From NCBI GenBank assembly GCA_039794085.1, contig JBDIWC010000047.1, forward strand, positions 1-29,430: a DNA stretch of 29,430 bases, written 5' to 3'. A model generated the notes under the pieces. The model saw only the letters and a program-made list of their open reading frames with translations, was not told the DNA's origin and made no database searches. The stretch is from Gemmatimonadales bacterium. GTDB lineage: Bacteria; Gemmatimonadota; Gemmatimonadetes; Gemmatimonadales; GWC2-71-9. The position numbers and the translations under genes were made by a program. Shown here one piece after another: positions 24,333 through 29,430 of this stretch; position 1 is the stretch's first letter, and each line of letters opens with the position of its first letter.

Positions 24333-27170
24333 CTACCTCTCCGGCACCAACGACACCCGCACGTACCGGGTCCGGTCCAGGTACCGCGTCGCCGCCGCAC
24401 GGATCCGGTCCGAGGTGAGGCCCTCGACTCGCGCACGCATCATCTCCAAAGTCAGCACCGGCGGTTCCCCCGTCACATCGGCATGGGCCAACTGCTGGAG
24501 CCAGTATCCATTCCGGGTCAGGTTCACTTCCGTGTCGCGCAGCTCCGCCTCCCGGACCTTGGCCAGATCCTCCGCCGTGGCACCCGCCTGCTGCAGCCGC
24601 TCGATCTCGCGGAACACCGCACCCACGAGCTGCTCCATTCGCGCGGGATCGCTCCCGAAATCGATGGCGAAGGTGTACTCCTCCCGCGGCACCCGCCCCG
24701 GCGACGCCGACACTCCCACGCCGTAGGTCCCCCCCAGATCCTCCCGCAACGTTTCGCGGAGACGCAGCTCCAGCACCTGGGACAGCCAGCGGAGGTCATC
24801 CCGCGCGGCGGGGCCGTACTTCAGGGGCCCGGTGAACACGATCCGGGTCTGGCTCTTCGGTTCCACTCCCCGCCGCACGATCCGCTCCACCACTCCCTCC
24901 GGCGCATTGATCTCCGGGTCCCGCCAGGTCTCCACCCGGCCCGTGGCGGGCAGGGAGGCGAGATATTGCTCCACGAGGGGGCGCATCACCTCGGCGTCGA
25001 ACCGCCCCACGAAGAGAAAGGTGAAATCTCCCGCGTCGCCGAACCGGTCCTGGAAGGAACTCCACGCCTGGCCCAGGTCGAGTTCCCCCACCCGATCCAC
25101 GGTGAACGGGCGCGTCAGCGGATGGTGCTTGGTCAGGGTGACCTGCAGCGTGTCCTGGAACGCCGTTTCCGGGTCCGATCCCCGGTTGGCCAGGGAGGCC
25201 CGGACGTTGGCGGTGAACCCCTCGAACGCCGCCGTGTCCGCCCGCGGTGAGGTCACCGACAGATGGATGAGCTGCAGAAGGGTCTCCAGGTCCTTCGGCG
25301 ACCCCCCGCCGGTCAGGCCCTCCTGTGTCATCCCGATGAACGGAGTGACCGACACCGCCTTCCCCGCGAGCCGCTTCTGCAGCGACACCACGTCGAACCG
25401 CCCGATCCCGCCCAGACCGAGCAGGGTCGGGGCGAGTGAGGTGTTGAGATAGGCATCGGGCGTCACCAGCGACGCTCCCCCCGGGCTCCAGGCCCGGAAG
25501 AGGATCTCGTCCGCCTGGAAATCGGTGGGCCGGAGAATCACCCGTGCTCCGTTTGACAAGATCCAGGTGAGGGTTCCGCTCACCGAGTCCGCCTGCTCGG
25601 ACACGATCCGTCCCGGCACCGGCAGAGGGTCGATCAGGGGACCCAGGTCCAGCGACTCCTCATAGGCGGCGAGTTCCCGGTTCCCCACCGCCGTGATCGC
25701 CTGCAGCAGCACTGCGGCGTCGGGGACGGCGGCCGCGTCCGATTCAGGAGCGTTGACCAACACCACCTGGCTCTCGCCCGACCGGCGGGCCCGCGCCGAT
25801 GCGTTGAGCTCGTCCAGGGTGATGGAGGGGAGGAGGGCCTGGGCCAGTGCATAATCGTGGTCGATGCCCGAGGACACCTCGCCACTCAGCAGATCCTCCA
25901 CGTAGGCACTCGCATAGCGCGACGACGGCGTCCGTTCCCGTTCGTCCCAGGCCCGTTCGAAACCCCGCAGTACCTCCTCCTTGGCCCGCGCCAACTCCGC
26001 CTCGGTATACCCGAAGCGCTGCACCCTCTCCACCTCGGCGAGAGCCGCCGTGAGGCCCTCGACCACGCCGCCATCCCGAACGCTCACCCCGACCACCTCC
26101 ACGTCGGCGCTCCGGACGAAGTTGCCCCCGCCCACCCCGGCCCCGATGAAGGGCGGATCCGCCTGCTTGGTCAGGGCAAAGAGGCGGAGGTTCAAGAGGG
26201 CGTCGTCGATGCGCTGCAGGAGACCGGCCCGGAAATTCTCCACGGTCACCGTTCTCGACGGAGGCGTCTTTTCGTAGATCGTGACCTGCGATCCGGTGGC
26301 CTCGGCGTCCGTGGCAATCGACACCAGGGGCTCCGCATGCGGCGGCACGGGGAACACGATCCGGGGCCGAGGATTCGGAGGACCGGCCAGGCCGCTGAAG
26401 CGCTCCCGGATCAGCGCCTCGATCCGGTCCACGTCCACGTCACCCACGACCACCACGCCCATCAGGTCCGGCCGGTACCAATCACGATAGTATCGCACCA
26501 GCGCCTCACGAGGAAATGTCTCCAGTGTCCCGCGGTCCCCAATGGGGAGCCGCTCCGTGTAGCGGGAGCCCTTCAGCAGAACCGGGAGTTGCTTGTCGAA
26601 CATCCGCTGGTCCGCGCCAAGCCCCAGGCGCCACTCCTCGATGACGACACCCCGCTCCCGCTCCACCTCGGCGCTGTCGAAGGTGACGCCGTGGGCCCAC
26701 TCCTCCAGAATCAGAAAGGCGGTATCCACCACAGCCGCCGTGTCGGTCGGGATCTGCAACTGGTACGTGGTTTCGTCGAACGACGTCCCGGCGTTGAGAT
26801 GGGCACCGAACTGCATCCCGATCCGCTCGATGTAGTCCACCAGCGTCTGTTTGGCGAAGCGCCGAGTGCCGTTGAAGGCCATGTGCTCCACGAAATGGGC
26901 CAGCCCCCGCTGGTCATCATCCTCCTGCATCGAACCGGCATTCACCACCAGACGGAGCTCCGCCCGGTTCTCGGGCCAGGCGTTGCGACGGATGACATAG
27001 CGGAAGCCGTTGGGCAGGGTGCCCGTCCGGATCGCCGGATCGATCGGGAGCGTGTCCGAAGGATTCGGAGCCGGGGCCGCCGTCTGGGCTTGGACACCAC
27101 CGACACCTGCCCACACGAGGGCTGTGACAAGACCGAACGAGACGCGCAAGACTGGAAAACGAAACCACAT
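24333..27170 (-). CDS. M16 family zinc protease (PqqL-like), exported
   Basis: GTLPNG, GLAHFVEHMAFNGT (HxxEH), NAGTSFDETTY, ERERGVVIEE, YRDWYRPD, LREDLGGTYG; signal peptide. Start uncertain (27170 or 27209). Confidence 0.95.
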   Translation of the reverse strand: MWFRFPVLRVSFGLVTALVWAGVGGVQAQTAAPAPNPSDTLPIDPAIRTGTLPNGFRYVIRRNAWPENRAELRLVVNAGSMQEDDDQRGLAHFVEHMAFNGTRRFAKQTLVDYIERIGMQFGAHLNAGTSFDETTYQLQIPTDTAAVVDTAFLILEEWAHGVTFDSAEVERERGVVIEEWRLGLGADQRMFDKQLPVLLKGSRYTERLPIGDRGTLETFPREALVRYYRDWYRPDLMGVVVVGDVDVDRIEALIRERFSGLAGPPNPRPRIVFPVPPHAEPLVSIATDAEATGSQVTIYEKTPPSRTVTVENFRAGLLQRIDDALLNLRLFALTKQADPPFIGAGVGGGNFVRSADVEVVGVSVRDGGVVEGLTAALAEVERVQRFGYTEAELARAKEEVLRGFERAWDERERTPSSRYASAYVEDLLSGEVSSGIDHDYALAQALLPSITLDELNASARARRSGESQVVLVNAPESDAAAVPDAAVLLQAITAVGNRELAAYEESLDLGPLIDPLPVPGRIVSEQADSVSGTLTWILSNGARVILRPTDFQADEILFRAWSPGGASLVTPDAYLNTSLAPTLLGLGGIGRFDVVSLQKRLAGKAVSVTPFIGMTQEGLTGGGSPKDLETLLQLIHLSVTSPRADTAAFEGFTANVRASLANRGSDPETAFQDTLQVTLTKHHPLTRPFTVDRVGELDLGQAWSSFQDRFGDAGDFTFLFVGRFDAEVMRPLVEQYLASLPATGRVETWRDPEINAPEGVVERIVRRGVEPKSQTRIVFTGPLKYGPAARDDLRWLSQVLELRLRETLREDLGGTYGVGVSASPGRVPREEYTFAIDFGSDPARMEQLVGAVFREIERLQQAGATAEDLAKVREAELRDTEVNLTRNGYWLQQLAHADVTGEPPVLTLEMMRARVEGLTSDRIRAAATRYLDRTRYVRVSLVPER

Positions 27171-27232
27171 GAGACGGAGAAACCTTTCGTATCGGGACGG
27201 CGAGCCCACCCTTGATGGGGGGGCGGCCCCCG

Positions 27233-27262
27233 TTCGTGTTCTTTCGTGCTGTTCGTGGTTGA
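27233..27262. repeat. Solo 9-nt-periodic arm
   Basis: ttcgtgttctttcgtgctgttcgtggttga; its reverse complement aaccacgaacagcacgaaagaacacgaa has the same architecture as the array arms. Confidence 0.65.
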
Positions 27263-27279
27263 GCCTCTAGGAGGAGACG

Positions 27280-28257
27280 TCAACCGGTGCCGCCGAGCAC
27301 ACGCCCCCAGGCCTGGAAGGCCACCCGGAAATAGGTGGGGCTGAAGAGAACCCAGTCCGCCACGTCGGCGGGGAGCCGGTACCGGGCCGCTCCCTCCTCG
27401 GCGGAAAGCCCCTCTCCCGCGGCCTGTCGGGCGGCGTCCCCCACATGATCGAGCATCGCCCGGTAGCGCCGCATCCCCGCGGCATCGGTCAGGGTCCCGT
27501 GGCCGGGAACGTACACCACTCCCGGGTCGGCGCCGATGGCGCGGACCGAGGCGTCCAGGTCGGGGGGGATCGCGTCGACGAAGTTGGGAAACATCCCGTA
27601 CCAGAGCAGATCGCCACAGAACACCACGGCCGGGTCCTCCACGCGGAGGATCACATCGCTCGGCGTGTGGCCAGCCAGGGCTGTCACTGTTATGCGTCGT
27701 CCGCCGAGATCGATCACCCCGGGGCGGGTCGCCGTGATGGTGCCTTCCGGCCAGACTCGTCTCGCTTCGGGGACCCGGCTCCGTTCCATGAGGAGTTGTC
27801 GGGTGACGGGTGTGGCGAGCCGGCGGGGAGCGTCCGGGCCGGTGCCGTAGCCATGCAATCCGTTGCAGTGGTCGGCGTGATAGTGCGTCACCACCACGTG
27901 GGTCGGTCGCCGCCCCGTCAGGGCCAGCGCCTGGTCGGCCATCCAGAGGGCGCCCTCGTCGCTCCCGAACCCCTCCACCACCAGCACCCCGTCGCGTCCC
28001 GCCACGATCCCGCCGTTGCAGAGGGTGCGCCGTGCCAGGGGATCCTGCACCAAAGGGGTCGAGACCAGGGCCCAGACCCCCTCTCCCATCCGTTCCAGGC
28101 GACCCCACGGTTCCTGACGCACCACACGTCCGAGCGACGGGGAAAAGACCCGGGCGGCGAGAGCTGGCGAGGCGCCCGACAGCAGGAGCCAACCGGCACA
28201 GCCGCTCGCGCGGGTCACGAAGTCGCGGCGCGAGAGTCCTGAAACAGACCTGGTCAC
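27280..28257 (-). CDS. Tat-exported MBL-fold metallo-hydrolase
   Basis: SRRDFV twin-arginine motif, THYHADHCNG, GHTPSD, FCGDL, VPGHG; GTG 28257 with upstream GGAG. Confidence 0.92.
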   Translation of the reverse strand: MTRSVSGLSRRDFVTRASGCAGWLLLSGASPALAARVFSPSLGRVVRQEPWGRLERMGEGVWALVSTPLVQDPLARRTLCNGGIVAGRDGVLVVEGFGSDEGALWMADQALALTGRRPTHVVVTHYHADHCNGLHGYGTGPDAPRRLATPVTRQLLMERSRVPEARRVWPEGTITATRPGVIDLGGRRITVTALAGHTPSDVILRVEDPAVVFCGDLLWYGMFPNFVDAIPPDLDASVRAIGADPGVVYVPGHGTLTDAAGMRRYRAMLDHVGDAARQAAGEGLSAEEGAARYRLPADVADWVLFSPTYFRVAFQAWGRVLGGTG

Positions 28258-28370
28258 GGGATCTCCCGGTGTGGTGGTGGTCGTCAGGCGCCCTCCCCTC
28301 GGGGTCGGGGGCGACCCGGATAATACCCGGACGGTGGCGAGGGAGGGAGTTCCAGGCGGCATCGTCCATT

Positions 28371-28416
28371 CTCGGATGTCAGGACCACCTCGGATGTCAG
28401 GCACACCTCGGAGTCA
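28371..28416. repeat. 18-nt-period tandem repeat
   Basis: CTCGGATGTCAGG at 28371 and 28389; partial CTCGGAGTCA at 28407 merges into the palindrome. Confidence 0.7.
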
Positions 28417-28493
28417 TCCCGAGCGCCAGCGAGGAGCCTGCCCCGAGCTTGCGAGGGGATCTATGGAGACGGGGTGGTGCACTTCCGGTTGGC
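28413..28493. repeat. CGTC-type palindromic element, opposite orientation
   Basis: gtcatcccgagcgccagcgagg...gcgaggggatct, then ggtgcacttccggttggc (14/18 to the reverse complement of the shared interior). Confidence 0.7.
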
Positions 28494-28706
28494 TGCGTCC
28501 GCCCCCACCCCCGAGTTAGGGGGTCATACTGGGCAGCGAGGGAAGTGTGGAGACCGGTAGGTGCCGTACTGGCCGTTGGCCAGCGCCTCGTGCCCGAACC
28601 AACCGGGCCTTGGGGGACCGACCTTCAATCGGTATCTTGTATTCATGCCGGACGCTCTCTCTGCGACGCCTGGGTCCCCGACCTCTCGAAACCCTGATTC
28701 GTTCCA

Positions 28707-29156
28707 ATGAAGATTACGACGTTCACCGCCGAGCACGTTCTCCAATACCTCCTCGCTGTGGAGGGGCTCGAGCGACCCTTCGGGACGATTGCCACTTCGT
28801 GGCCTGTCGTCAAGCGGTTTCTCGAAATGCCAAGTGGAGAATCACCGGACCTTGCCTCGTACCAAGTAAGCCACGGCGACTCAGACGATCCGCGGTTTGT
28901 TCAAGTCGTATTCACACGGCAACTCACCGACAGCGCCGACGGATTCGGGCCCCGCACCCGTTCGACGCTGTTCACGTTCTATTGGGACTTCGCCCAGCCA
29001 TTTGACCTTGAGCCGACTGAGCTATGGAGCTCGGACTTTGCTGCGCTCAACGAGTTCTTCGAGGCAGTGGAGGCGCACCCCACTTTCTCCGCGTTAGCTG
29101 ACGTACCGCCGGAAGAGGCCTACGTGCAAGTCGACGAGCCTGTCGGCGAGCCGTAG
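28707..29156 (+). CDS. Hypothetical acidic protein (149 aa)
   Basis: Open frame with protein-like composition, visibly less GC-rich than backbone genes; no family recognised; RBS not evident. Confidence 0.65.
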   Translation: MKITTFTAEHVLQYLLAVEGLERPFGTIATSWPVVKRFLEMPSGESPDLASYQVSHGDSDDPRFVQVVFTRQLTDSADGFGPRTRSTLFTFYWDFAQPFDLEPTELWSSDFAALNEFFEAVEAHPTFSALADVPPEEAYVQVDEPVGEP

Positions 29157-29215
29157 CCCGGAAGCAGCCTTGCCTTCCCAGGAAAGTTCTGCTGACCTTT
29201 CCCCCTGCCTTTACT

Positions 29216-29251
29216 CTCAGATCCCTCGCTGCGCGCTCGGGATGACGCTCC
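29216..29251. repeat. CGTC-type palindrome arm
   Basis: ctcagatccctcgctgcgcgctcgggatgacgctcc, a near match to 24248-24281. Confidence 0.78.
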
Positions 29252-29295
29252 GTGCGGGGCCTGGGCGCCGTTTGCTGTGGGGCCTGCACCCCGCA

Positions 29296-29321
29296 CCCTA
29301 CGCCCTACTCCCTACTCCCTA
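29296..29321. repeat. CCCTACT heptamer tandem repeat
   Basis: ccctacg-ccctact-ccctact-cccta. Confidence 0.7.
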
Positions 29322-29430
29322 AGCCGGCAGAGCCGGAACCAAAGAGGCTTACACACTCGGAGCCACAGATACTGCCCGGGTATGCTCGCGGTCTGCGGGG
29401 TTCCTACTCCCAAGACCAGATGCGGCCCGA

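Noticed and set aside
23762..24436. ORFs across the repeat arrays (also 17100-17447, 17170-17526, 21968-22264)
   Set aside because: Translations merely reflect the repeats (LCALCVLCG, TTETQRSQR) and frames are not preserved between copies.
28514..28520. GTTAGGG as a cassette core site for the 28707 ORF
   Set aside because: It does not fit GTTRRRY, and no attC-like sequence follows the ORF.

Overview
GC-rich bacterial window; a Gemmatimonadota-like lineage is my guess from gene content. The backbone is hydrolase and peptidase genes: Tat amidase, GDPD, two MBL-fold proteins, Rieske/FMN glutamate-synthase-like protein, DUF302, a Cys/His-rich exported protein, a beta-carbonic anhydrase-oligopeptidase B ORF, DUF72, GNAT, a deaminase, two amidohydrolases, and M28 and M16 peptidases. 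The accessory stretch (~17.0-24.3 kb) has two toxin-antitoxin pairs, a stranded integron-type cassette with a decayed attC, an IS3-type remnant, an intact IS256 with a 9-bp target duplication and a frameshifted pseudogene. Structure that the ORF track does not show: (1) two tandem arrays of ~190-bp units with 9-nt-periodic terminal inverted repeats and conserved interiors, one split by the IS256; (2) diverged, deleted copies of the M28 gene on both sides of the intact copy; (3) a carbonic anhydrase-peptidase fusion that depends on a G10 tract (G9 would give two coupled genes); (4) at least five palindromic repeat families at gene ends, two of which bracket cargo genes. I saw no rRNA, tRNA or CRISPR. 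Alignments and counts were done by eye and family calls come from motif recognition, not database searches.
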